From assembly GCA_963706025.1 (NCBI GenBank), contig CAVPLM010000005.1, forward strand, positions 160,001 through 224,000: a stretch of DNA of 64,000 nucleotides. The letters are read 5' to 3'. Made by a program: the position numbers and the translations under genes. Below, in pieces: positions 20,055-29,515 of the stretch (positions within the stretch are counted from its first letter, which is position 1; each line of letters begins with the position of its first letter). This stretch comes from an uncultured Actinomycetes bacterium (GTDB taxonomy: Bacteria; Actinomycetota; Thermoleophilia; RBG-16-64-13). The notes beneath the pieces were generated by a model. It had not been told where the DNA came from, ran no database searches, and worked only from the letters and a program-made list of their open reading frames with translations.

Positions 20055-20621
20055 ATGGAGCGGACTATCGGCGGAGTCACGATCGAATGCGCGATCGGCG
20101 ACATCACCAGCCAGACCGGGTTCGACGCGGTGGTCAACGCCGCGAACGCCTACCTGCAGCCGGGGGGTGGGGTGGCCGGAGCCATCCATCGGGCGGCGGG
20201 GCCGGCGTTGGCGGCTGAATGCCGGCCGCTCGCGCCGATCAAACCCGGCCAAGCGGTCATCACCGGCGGCTACGGCCTGCCCAATCCGCATGTTATCCAT
20301 TGTCTCGGCCCGGTGTACGGCGTGGACGAACCTTCCGATCGGCTGCTCGCAGACTGTTACCGGAACGCGCTGGCCCTCGCCGAGCAACACGGTCTTTCGT
20401 CGGTAGCCTTCCCGGCCCTCTCGACTGGGATATTCGGCTATCCGCTGGGGGAGGCGGCGGAAGTGGCCCTGGTCACGGTCGTCGAAGTCGCAGGCTCACT
20501 CACGAAGGTCAGGCGCGTCCGTTTCGTGCTGAGGGACGAGTCGGCGCTCCTGGCGCACGAGCGGGTGCTCGGTCGATTGGTCTCGGATTCGGACCCTGAG
20601 CCGTTCCAGGGCTTGCGGTGA
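20055..20621 (+). CDS. Macro domain protein (O-acetyl-ADP-ribose deacetylase-like)
   Basis: GDIT, VVNAAN, GGGVAGAIHRAAG, AFPALSTGIFGYP. Confidence 0.93.
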   Translation: MERTIGGVTIECAIGDITSQTGFDAVVNAANAYLQPGGGVAGAIHRAAGPALAAECRPLAPIKPGQAVITGGYGLPNPHVIHCLGPVYGVDEPSDRLLADCYRNALALAEQHGLSSVAFPALSTGIFGYPLGEAAEVALVTVVEVAGSLTKVRRVRFVLRDESALLAHERVLGRLVSDSDPEPFQGLR

Positions 20622-20756
20622 TTCCGGTCCGCCTCCACCGGGTACTATGCACTGAATAGTCGAGTCATCGCCCTCGACAGGAAGGCGCCGACTCACGAAC
20701 AGTGCGCGAAGGAGGTCTGTCATGATCCCGCGCTTTTCCTTGCTGATGGCCGGGGA

Positions 20757-21266
20757 GTGATAGCAGTGGAGGCGATTCTTACCCGCCGCAGTGTGCGCAA
20801 GTACACCGATCGTCCGGTGCCCGACGCGTTGGTCACCGATCTGCTCCGGGCGGCCATGGCGGCGCCGTCCGCGCAGAACCAGCAGCCCTGGCAGTTCGTG
20901 GTGGTCAGAAACCGGGCCCTGCTCGAGAGTCTCGCGTCTGCCCATCAGTACTCCGGCATGACCCGGGACGCACAATTGGCCGTCATCGTCTGCGGTGATC
21001 TGAGCCGGGAGAGGAGCCCGGGGTTCTGGGTGCAGGACTGCGCCGCGGCCACCGAGAACCTGCTCATCGCCGCCAACGCAGCCGGTCTTGGGGCTGTGTG
21101 GACGGGCACCTATCCTCGGGAAGATCGGGTAGCCAAGGTCAGGGCCATCCTGGGTCTGCCCGAGCACATCATCCCTCTTGCTGTCATCCCCATAGGCTAT
21201 CCGGCCGAGCATCCCGCCCCCGCGGATCGCTTCGACCCCGCCCGCATCCACGTCGACCACTGGTAG
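20757..21266 (+). CDS. Nitroreductase family protein
   Basis: RRSVRKY, APSAQNQQPWQF, GLGAVW, IPIGYP. Confidence 0.93.
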   Translation: MIAVEAILTRRSVRKYTDRPVPDALVTDLLRAAMAAPSAQNQQPWQFVVVRNRALLESLASAHQYSGMTRDAQLAVIVCGDLSRERSPGFWVQDCAAATENLLIAANAAGLGAVWTGTYPREDRVAKVRAILGLPEHIIPLAVIPIGYPAEHPAPADRFDPARIHVDHW

Positions 21267-21276
21267 GAGAGAACGT

Positions 21277-21858
21277 ATGAAGACTTCGCTTGGCGCCAAG
21301 ACCTACGTCTACCCGACCCCCGTCTTGATCGTGGGGACCTATGACGCCGGTGGTCGACCGAACGCGATGGCCGTGGCCTGGGGTGGGATCTGCTGCTCAA
21401 AGCCGCCCTGCGTGAACATATCGGTGCGCAAGGCCACCTATACCTACGGCAACCTGGTGGAGAAGAAGGCCTTCACCGTAAGCGTGCCCTCCCGCGATCA
21501 CGTGGTGGCGGCCGACTACTTCGGGGTGGTCTCCGGCCGGGAGGCGGATAAGTTCGCGGCCACTGGACTCACTCCCGTGCGTTCGGACCTTGTGGATGCG
21601 CCCTACGTGGGAGAGTTCCCCCTGGTGCTGGAGTGCAGGGTCGTGCACGTGGCCGAGTTGGGGCTGCACACCCTGTTTGTCGGAGAGATCCTCGATGTCA
21701 AGGCGGAGGAGTCCTGTCTCGACCAGAGTGGGAAGCTTTCGGCCGACTTGGTGCGGCCGTTCAGTTGGGCTCCTCCCGAGAATGTCTACTATGCGCTCGG
21801 GGAAAGCCTGGGCCGGGGTTTTTCGATCGGTAAGGGCCTGGGTGCAAAGGATCGTTGA
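21277..21858 (+). CDS. Flavin reductase-like (flavoredoxin) protein
   Basis: PTPVLIVGT, NAMAVAW, SGREADKF, LECRV, HTLFVGEI. Confidence 0.9.
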   Translation: MKTSLGAKTYVYPTPVLIVGTYDAGGRPNAMAVAWGGICCSKPPCVNISVRKATYTYGNLVEKKAFTVSVPSRDHVVAADYFGVVSGREADKFAATGLTPVRSDLVDAPYVGEFPLVLECRVVHVAELGLHTLFVGEILDVKAEESCLDQSGKLSADLVRPFSWAPPENVYYALGESLGRGFSIGKGLGAKDR

Positions 21859-21917
21859 AGTCCGGGGGTCCTAGCGGCGGGGACCCGGTGCGGGTCCTCT
21901 GGGCGCTCATCCTGGCC

Positions 21918-21943
21918 GGAACCAGGCGAGAGACGGCGGCGTC
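21918..21943 (+). promoter_or_regulatory. Candidate ECF-sigma promoter
   Basis: GGAAC-N17-CGTC upstream of a lipoprotein gene. Confidence 0.4.
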
Positions 21944-21989
21944 GCAACGGCAGTGCGGGCCGGTCGAGGTATTGGAGGAGGTTTGACTG

Positions 21990-22816
21990 ATGAAGCGCCA
22001 CGCAAGGGGTCAACCGCTACTTTCTTGCCGTTGCGACCATGCTTGCTGTCATGCTGGTCATTCTGGCCGCTGTCTCTTGCCGGATGCGGCTCGGACGAAC
22101 CGAGTAATGGCGCCGGCGCAGTGCTCACCATCGAGCAGGCCCTTGCCTCCGAGCCCGGTGAGACGATCAAGGTGAGCGGCGCGATCGTCGCCACCGGCAA
22201 TGGCGCCGATCGCGAGATCGTTCTCGCCTCGGCTCTAATGGAGTCGTATCCTCCGCAGGCGGGAGGGGCGATTCTGCCGGTCACGGGCCTCGACTTAGAA
22301 TCCCTGGTGGGACTCAGTTCGACCGAAGGCCAGCCCGATCTGGCCCCGGTCACCTGGTCCGACTACCAGGTGGTCCTGGGGGGCGTCATTAAGGACGGGG
22401 TCCTGGAGGTGCAGAGTACGCCGCAGGTGGTCGAAGCCACCTCCGGGGATGTGCAGGTGCGCTTCAGCCCAGTGACCGAGCCCTTGACGGCCGGCACGAC
22501 CGTGTGGTGGGCCTTCGATGTCCAGAACACCGGCTCCGAGCCGGTGATTCTAACCTTCTCGAGCGGGCAGCGAGCAGATATCGTCTTGAGCCAGGACGGG
22601 GAGGAGAAGTACCGTTGGAGCGCAGGCAAGGCGTTCACGGAGGCCATCGAGACGTTTACCGGCGCACCGGGGCAGATCTTCCCGATCGTTCTGAACGATG
22701 AGTTTGGAGTCACGTCCGGCGACTATGATCTGGTCGCCACGGTGACGGCCACCGTCGGGCCCGAAGGAACCGCGCAGCCGTTACCCGAGCTCACGATGAC
22801 CGTGACGGTCTACTAG
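21990..22816 (+). CDS. Lipoprotein with C-terminal BsuPI-like domain (apparent indels in signal region)
   Basis: GGAGGAGG RBS before ATG 21990; lipobox LAGC; LTFSSGQRADI...YRWSAGKAFTEAI. Confidence 0.7.
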
Positions 22817-22897
22817 ACGCGGGGCCGGCCTCTCCCAGGGGGTGCGTCCGCTCGACGTCTACGGAGCGCAGGCGCCGCGCCGAGCACCAGACTGCGC

Positions 22898-24565
22898 TCA
22901 GGCCTTGTTCTCGACGAGGACCTCGATCAAGCGCGGTTTCTCCGAGCCGACGGCGTCCCGTAACGCATCGCCCAACTCCTCGGGCCGGGTCACTCTCTGC
23001 CCCGCTACTCCCATCGACTCCGCCAGCATCCGGAAATCGATCACCGGCGAGTCGAGCTCCATCCCCTCATGCCTCTCGTCCAGGGGGTAGTCCCCGAGCA
23101 CTACCTTGCGGACGAGCTTGACCTGGCGGTACGCGGCATTGTTGGTTATCACGAAGGTGACGGGGATCTGGTAGCGCGCCGCCGTCCACAGGCCCTGCAT
23201 GGACCAGGCTGCGCCACCGTCCCCCAATACGGCTATCACCTCTTTTTCCGGCAGCCCCAGCTTCACCCCCAACGCTCCCGGCAGGCCCCAACCGATGCTG
23301 CCTCCTTTGCGCGAACGATAGAAGCTCTTCGCGTCGGTCAAGGGGAGGATCCGCCGCAGTGCGGGCGATGACGACCAGCATTCGTCCACGATCACGGTGT
23401 TAGGTCCCATCAGCGTCTTGATCTCCATCATCAGGCGCGAGATCGAGATGGGAATCTGATCCTGTTCGGTCTCCCATCCAGCCTGCCAGGAGGCCTCCGA
23501 GGCGGCCTTCTCCCGGCCGAGGTCGCGTGCCCTCCGCTTCCTACCCTGGCGTGCCTCCGGCGACAGCGATGCGGCCAGGGCCGTGTTCAACTCCAGGAGC
23601 ACCGCCTTGATGTCGCCCTGGATGGCGCAGTCCGTCGGCAGGTTCTTGCCGAGCTCCCAGGGATCGTCATCGATATGGATGATCCTGGTGTTCGATAGGT
23701 GTGGAGCCTTCGGATGGAAGAACCCGTGGGTGAAGAGAGAGCAACCGATCCCGATGAGGACGTCGGTATCCCTCAGGATGTCGAACGCCTCGGGCCCCGT
23801 CGGGTCCAGATCCCCCAGATACTGAGCATGGGTGACGGGGAAGTTGACATCCGACATCCAGTGCTGAAATACGCGGGACCCCGTCAGTTCCGCGAACCTC
23901 ACGACCTCATCGAGGGCGTCGCATCGGGCCACGCCGCTCTCAACCAGCAGCACGGGATGCTCCGCCGCCGAGAGGATCTCGACGGCACAGGCCAGGGCCG
24001 CCGTATCCGGTCGCAACCGGGGGTATACCGTGGTGCTCGGTCCGCTCTGGAAAACGAATTCCTGCTCGAGGACGTTCTGAGGGATGGAGACGAGGACCGG
24101 CCCGGTGGGTGGTTGGAGGGCCATCTTGAAGGCCCGCTGGATGGCGGTGGGGATGTCCTCCGCGTGCACGATCTCGGTGCTCCATTTGGTGTGGGGCCTG
24201 CCTATTCCCACGATGTCGCCCGAGAGGTGGGGATCGTACTGAAGGAGCCGGGTGTCGTTCTGGCCCACGGTGACCACCAGCGGGACCCTACCCAGTTGGG
24301 CGTTGTAGAGCAGGGGAGAAGCTGCGCCCAGGCCGGGAGCCGTGTGGAGGTTCAGGAATCCAGGTTTCCCCGATGCCCGGGCGTATCCTTCGGCCATGCC
24401 GGCGCACACGACCTCCTGGAGGCCCAGGATGTAGCGGATCTCGGGGGCCTCCTCCAAAGCGTCCATGAATTGGATCTCCGTGGCTCCCGGGATGCCAAAG
24501 ACGTACTCCACACCTTCGCCGCGCAGGATCTCGACCAAAGCCCGCTTGCCGGTGGTCTTCGTCAA
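22898..24565 (-). CDS. Thiamine-diphosphate enzyme, benzoylformate decarboxylase-like
   Basis: YVFGIPG, LGLQE, NLHTAPGLG, TPP motif GDGG...NNAAY. Confidence 0.88.
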   Translation of the reverse strand: MTKTTGKRALVEILRGEGVEYVFGIPGATEIQFMDALEEAPEIRYILGLQEVVCAGMAEGYARASGKPGFLNLHTAPGLGAASPLLYNAQLGRVPLVVTVGQNDTRLLQYDPHLSGDIVGIGRPHTKWSTEIVHAEDIPTAIQRAFKMALQPPTGPVLVSIPQNVLEQEFVFQSGPSTTVYPRLRPDTAALACAVEILSAAEHPVLLVESGVARCDALDEVVRFAELTGSRVFQHWMSDVNFPVTHAQYLGDLDPTGPEAFDILRDTDVLIGIGCSLFTHGFFHPKAPHLSNTRIIHIDDDPWELGKNLPTDCAIQGDIKAVLLELNTALAASLSPEARQGRKRRARDLGREKAASEASWQAGWETEQDQIPISISRLMMEIKTLMGPNTVIVDECWSSSPALRRILPLTDAKSFYRSRKGGSIGWGLPGALGVKLGLPEKEVIAVLGDGGAAWSMQGLWTAARYQIPVTFVITNNAAYRQVKLVRKVVLGDYPLDERHEGMELDSPVIDFRMLAESMGVAGQRVTRPEELGDALRDAVGSEKPRLIEVLVENKA

Positions 24566-24756
24566 GATTCAGCCCTCCTGGTCGTGATCTCAAAAGCGCG
24601 CGGGAACAGTCTCTCATCGCAGGCCCTCTGTCAAGCGCTGCAAACGACCGTAAGTGCGGTGGACTCGTAGACTGATACTTCGATAACATCGACACGTCAC
24701 AAGAACGTTTGGGTGAATCGTGATCTCTTCGACACTTCCTGGCATCCAGAGGACAT

Positions 24757-25172
24757 ATGATGACCTCGAAGCTTGACCCCAGTAGCGTCCGGCGCGCCCT
24801 CTGCGATGAGCTGGAGGACCGCGGTTACGCGGTGGCGGGCGATACGGTCGGCCTGAGAGGCGAGCTATACATCCGGGGCGACGGCGACCGCGCTGCCGCT
24901 CTCTTCGAATTCAAGTCGAGCGCCGAGGAGGCAGTCGAGACGATGTACCAGGGCTCGTGGCCGGCCTACATGCCTCCCCGATTCGCGGTCCTGCCGGCTG
25001 TCCCAGGAAGGACCATCTCGAGGTGGATATGCTGCGCCAGGCGGGGATGAGCACGCTCTTCTACGAAGTGACCGCGGCGGGTGTGGTGTTTGTAGATCTG
25101 GATACCGCGCTGGCTATCGTAACCCACCACCTCAACGTCCGAGGACAAGGAGGACCAGATGACGGAGGATGA
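24757..25172 (+). CDS. Hypothetical protein (apparent indel near 25000)
   Basis: GAGGA RBS; ORFs 24757-25050 and 24957-25172 join into one plausible alpha/beta protein. Confidence 0.55.
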
Positions 25173-25887
25173 GACGATGGATGACGAGAGGGAAACAGCG
25201 CCTGTTCCCAAGCTGGTCAAGATCAATGCCAAACCCGCGCCCGTAGAGATCGACCTGGCCCGTACGGCGGTCATCGTGGTCGACATGCAGAACGCCTTCG
25301 TCAGCGAGGGCGGGATGTTCGACGAGGCCGGCTACGACATCTCCGGAGCCCCGGCGGCCATCGAAAGGAACTCCGAGCTTCTCCCCGCTCTACGCGAGGC
25401 GGGGGTCAAGGTCGTCTATATCAAGATGAGCTACACGGAGGACTACTCCGACGCCGGCGGCCCGGAATCGCCTAACTGGCACAAAGAGCTGGGCCTGGTG
25501 CTGATGCAGGACCGGCCCGAGAAGTGGGGCAAGTACGTCACCCAAGGAACCTGGGACGAGGAGATCCGGGAGGAGATCGCTCCCTGCCCAGGGGACGTCG
25601 TCGTGCGCAAACAGCGCTACAGCGGTTTTGCCGGCACCAATCTGGACATGGTGCTGAAGACGTTCGGTATCCGCTACTGCCTGTACACCGGCGTGGCCAC
25701 CAATGTCTGTGTGGAAACGACCCTGCGCGACGGCTACCTGCTGGATTACTGGCCCATCCTGGTGGCCGACGCCTGCAACAACTCTGGGCCCGAGCACAAC
25801 CGCCTGGCGACCGAGTGGAACGTGGAACATGCTTTCGGCTGGGTCACGAGTACCCGGGATGTGCTCAAGGCGCTGGGTGAGGGCTAG
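25159..25887 (+). CDS. Isochorismatase-family cysteine hydrolase (RutB-like)
   Basis: IVVDMQNAF, KQRYSGF, GVATNVCVETT. Confidence 0.9.
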   Translation: MTEDETMDDERETAPVPKLVKINAKPAPVEIDLARTAVIVVDMQNAFVSEGGMFDEAGYDISGAPAAIERNSELLPALREAGVKVVYIKMSYTEDYSDAGGPESPNWHKELGLVLMQDRPEKWGKYVTQGTWDEEIREEIAPCPGDVVVRKQRYSGFAGTNLDMVLKTFGIRYCLYTGVATNVCVETTLRDGYLLDYWPILVADACNNSGPEHNRLATEWNVEHAFGWVTSTRDVLKALGEG

Positions 25888-26022
25888 ATGTAGAAAAGGT
25901 GGCCCGCCGGTCAAGGAACGAAGCTCGCGCACGCCCCACCACGTGTCGACACAGTCGCCCCCGGGTAAAGAGAGTCGAGAACCGTGCTGAGCCGAAGCGG
26001 AAGCCGTGAAAGGAGTAGCAAG

Positions 26023-26307
26023 ATGCCATATGTGCTCATACAGCACCAGGTGAAGGATTACTCGATGTTCGAGGAAGTCTTCTTGGATGACGGCGAGCGG
26101 CGTCGGCGGAGCGGCTGCAAGGGCGGGAGGTTGTTCCGCAATGTCGACGATCCCGGCAACCTGATGGCGCTTTTCGAGTGGGACGACGTGGAGAGAGCCA
26201 AGCAGTTCGCCGAGGGGCTGGAACTGCATGAGGCGGTGGAGTGGGCCACGGCGGGAACCACCTATACGGCCACGGTATTGGAGGACGCTCTAGAGGTAGA
26301 GGCATAG
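26023..26307 (+). CDS. Small dimeric alpha/beta-barrel (cyclase/ABM-like) protein
   Basis: AAGGAG RBS; HQVKDY...LFRNVDDP...LFEWDD pattern. Confidence 0.7.
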   Translation: MPYVLIQHQVKDYSMFEEVFLDDGERRRRSGCKGGRLFRNVDDPGNLMALFEWDDVERAKQFAEGLELHEAVEWATAGTTYTATVLEDALEVEA

Positions 26308-26402
26308 GACGAGCGCCTGCTATTCTTGTCGAGCACGATCGATTGGGCGTGTCTTCCAAGACCGCTAGTGCGGCCGCCGACGACGGCGAATAGGGGTCAC
26401 TG

Positions 26403-27353
26403 ATGATCGTCACCACCAACGAGCTGTTCCAGGTCGCCTACGGCAGGTTCGCCGTCGGCGCCTACAACATCAACAACATGGAGCAGACCCTGGGCCTCTT
26501 TCGGGGCAACCTCGAGTCCCAGGCTCCCTTCATCATCCAGATCTCGCGCGGTGCCCGCTCCTACGCCGACAAGAGCATGCTTGAAGCCATAATCAAGGCG
26601 GCCGACGAGATCTTCCCCGAAGCGATCTTCGCCGTGCATCTCGATCACGGCGATCTCACAAGCGCGCTCGACTGCATCGAGAGCGGCTTCTACTCATCGG
26701 TCATGATCGACGCCTCGAGCGAGCCGTTGGAGGGGAATATCCGCATCACTCGCCAGGTGGTGGAAGCGGCCCACGCCCGAGGCATCTCGGTGGAAGCGGA
26801 GTTGGGCCAACTCGGTGGGGTGGAGGAGCACGTGCAGGTGGAGGAGAAGAATGCCCATCTCACCGATCCGGCTGAGGCCGAGGTGTTCGTACGGGAGTCG
26901 GGCTGCGACTCACTGGCTGTTGCTATCGGCACCAGCCACGGAGCCTACAAGTTCAGTGGTCACCAGAGCCTGCATCTGGACGTGGCCGCCGAGATCCAGC
27001 AGCGCCTGCCCGGTTTTCCCCTGGTCATGCACGGGTCGAGCTCGGTGCCTCAAGAGGAGATCGAACGCATCAACGCTGCGGGCGGCTCGATAAGAGGGGC
27101 CAAAGGGGTTGACGAGGACGAGTTCGCCAAAGCCGTTCCCCTTGGGGTAACCAAGGTCAACATCGATACCGACGGCAGGTTGGTGTGGACCCGAGTTCAT
27201 CGGGAGTTCTTCCGGGATAATCCGGAGAAGTTCGACCTGCGGGATCCCGGCAAGGTCTTTGTGGCCGAGTATGCCAAGTTCATCGCCCACAAGAACGAGA
27301 AACTGGGCTCTGCCGGCACCTTGGAAGGAGTACGCAAGGCGGTGGCGACGTAG
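26403..27353 (+). CDS. fba: Class II fructose-1,6-bisphosphate aldolase
   Basis: AVGAYN, VHLDHG, SSVMIDAS, VEAELG, AIGTSHGAYK, VMHGSS, KVNIDTD. Confidence 0.93.
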   Translation: MIVTTNELFQVAYGRFAVGAYNINNMEQTLGLFRGNLESQAPFIIQISRGARSYADKSMLEAIIKAADEIFPEAIFAVHLDHGDLTSALDCIESGFYSSVMIDASSEPLEGNIRITRQVVEAAHARGISVEAELGQLGGVEEHVQVEEKNAHLTDPAEAEVFVRESGCDSLAVAIGTSHGAYKFSGHQSLHLDVAAEIQQRLPGFPLVMHGSSSVPQEEIERINAAGGSIRGAKGVDEDEFAKAVPLGVTKVNIDTDGRLVWTRVHREFFRDNPEKFDLRDPGKVFVAEYAKFIAHKNEKLGSAGTLEGVRKAVAT

Positions 27354-27405
27354 GTAGCTACCGCTGCTCATCGAGGGAGCGGTCATCATCGGGTAAGGGG
27401 ATAGG

Positions 27406-29313
27406 GTGGAGACTCTCACAGGCCAAAGCTTTGCCCGGATCGTGCAGTCGGGCGCCTACGCCGTTACGAGGGCGCAAGACGCTCTGGACCGCATCAATGT
27501 CTTCCCGGTCGCCGATGCCGACACGGGGGCCAATCTGGCCGCTACGCTCAGTGCGGCGGCCGCCGGACTGGGCCGGAACCCGCCGGCCGCAGTCGGTTCG
27601 GCCGCCCGCGTAGCGGCGGACGCGGCTCTCATCGGTGCACGGGGCAATTCCGGGGCTATCTTCGCCCAGTTCCTTCACGGCCTGGCCGAGGGCCTTCATT
27701 CGAAGAGAGTCGTGACGACGGGCGAGTTCTCGCTGGCTGCCGAGGCCGGTGTGGATGCCGCCTACTTGGCCGTGCAGCATCCGCAGGAAGGCACCATCCT
27801 CTCGGTTCTCAGGGCCTGGGCCGCAAAGATGAGCGCGCGCGCGGCTGCGGTCCTCAATTTCGGGGATCTCATGGACGAGGCTCTGGAAGCGGCCCGCGTG
27901 GCACTGGCAGAGACCCCGAGGCAGTTGGACGTCCTTGCTCGAAATCACGTCGTCGATGCTGGAGGGCAGGGTCTGGTGTACTTCCTCGAAGGCGTGCTGG
28001 ATACGCTCAAGGGTACTCACATCCCGGACCTCTCCACCCTGGAGGCCCTCACGTTTCCCGCCGCCTATCAGCGCTTGTCGGGAGCCGTGGGCTCCGCGGC
28101 CCAAGGGTTCGTTGCCAGTGGTCTCCGTTCGGTGGAGGGGGCTCGGGCTCTCGAGATCGACGAGCGCTTCCGGTATTGCACCGAAGCCCTTCTGCGCGGG
28201 AACGCCCTCGACAGGGAGGCCATCCAGCGCGCGGTCGGCCGCCTCGGGGAGTCGCTGGTCTTGGCCGGGGGCGGCTCGCACATGCGCGTGCACCTGCATA
28301 CGGATGATCCCGACCTCTTCTTGCGCACTCTCGCGGAGTTCGGCACCCCGGAGAGCGTCAAGGTCGACGACATGGTGGAACAGCAGGCGGCTGCGCGCGC
28401 CGCCACGATCGCCCTCGTCACGGACTCTACCTTTGACCTTTCCGAGGCTGCCCAACTGCGCTACGGCAGTGTGATGGTGCCTCTGACCATCTCGATCGGG
28501 GGAGGCACCTACCTCGACCGGGTGGAGTTGAGCTCGCCGGAGTTCTACCGGATGGTGCGCGAGACCGACGAGTTGCCCCGCTCCTCTCAGCCCAACCGGG
28601 CAGATTTCAAACGCGTATACGAAGCCCTGCTCGAGGATCACGAGGGTGTGGTCTCGGTCCATATCTCAGCGCGGCTTTCGGGGACCTACCAATCGGCCCT
28701 GGGAGCGGCTGGGGAGGTCGATCCAGAAAGGGTGCGAGTCATCGACTCGAGGCACGTGTCGGTGGGGCTGGGATTGGTGGTAGAGGCCGCGGGCGAAGCC
28801 ATTCGCGCCGGCGAGACCCTGGAGGGGGTGGTGGCGGCAGCCGAGGCTGCCGCCCGGAATACCCGGGTCTATGGAGCCACCCCGTCTCTGGACTTCGCCG
28901 TCAAGGGGGGCCGGGTGAACTCGAAGGTGGCCTATCTTGCCGGCCTCGTCAAGCTGAAACCGGTCATCTTGTTCGATGAGGAGGGGGGAGCCCACGCCGA
29001 CGGCGGCCATCTGGGATACGGCCGGACGATTAGAGGCATCGCCCGGCGGGCCGCTGAATTCGCCCACGGGGAGCCGGCCCGAGTTGCCATCACCCACGCC
29101 GATTCGCCCGAATCCGCCGCCTACCTTCTTCAGCAACTGCACAAGCGGTTCGGACAGCAGCAGGACATCCCCATGATGGAGTCCGGCGCGGTCCTGGCCA
29201 CTCACACGGGTTTGGGCGCCGTGGCGGTTGCAGTGCGGCGGCTGCCCGCCGAGTCTGGACGAGATCGGGCATCGACGCCGGACGGCGAGACCGGGCAAGG
29301 AGGCTCTCGCTGA
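27406..29313 (+). CDS. DAK2 (FakA-like) - DegV (FakB-like) fusion protein
   Basis: INVFPVADADTG, GARGNSG, VDAGG, then VTDST, SSQP, ISARLSGTY, KGGRV, THTG. Confidence 0.88.
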   Translation: METLTGQSFARIVQSGAYAVTRAQDALDRINVFPVADADTGANLAATLSAAAAGLGRNPPAAVGSAARVAADAALIGARGNSGAIFAQFLHGLAEGLHSKRVVTTGEFSLAAEAGVDAAYLAVQHPQEGTILSVLRAWAAKMSARAAAVLNFGDLMDEALEAARVALAETPRQLDVLARNHVVDAGGQGLVYFLEGVLDTLKGTHIPDLSTLEALTFPAAYQRLSGAVGSAAQGFVASGLRSVEGARALEIDERFRYCTEALLRGNALDREAIQRAVGRLGESLVLAGGGSHMRVHLHTDDPDLFLRTLAEFGTPESVKVDDMVEQQAAARAATIALVTDSTFDLSEAAQLRYGSVMVPLTISIGGGTYLDRVELSSPEFYRMVRETDELPRSSQPNRADFKRVYEALLEDHEGVVSVHISARLSGTYQSALGAAGEVDPERVRVIDSRHVSVGLGLVVEAAGEAIRAGETLEGVVAAAEAAARNTRVYGATPSLDFAVKGGRVNSKVAYLAGLVKLKPVILFDEEGGAHADGGHLGYGRTIRGIARRAAEFAHGEPARVAITHADSPESAAYLLQQLHKRFGQQQDIPMMESGAVLATHTGLGAVAVAVRRLPAESGRDRASTPDGETGQGGSR

Positions 29314-29515
29314 GTCTTCCGGCCGCTATGGGCGTTACCCTCGGCGTGTTTGTCGTCTTCATACGTGGTATTTTCTCCCCGGCAGACTGGCGGAGGATGG
29401 ATCTGTGTCCATCGGCCGCGATGTGAGGCCGGCTATGACACTCGGGCAGAGCGTGGCCGGCTTCGCCTGTCTCTAGGCGCTTACACGACCGCTAAGGCAT
29501 ACGGAAGGAGAGAGA

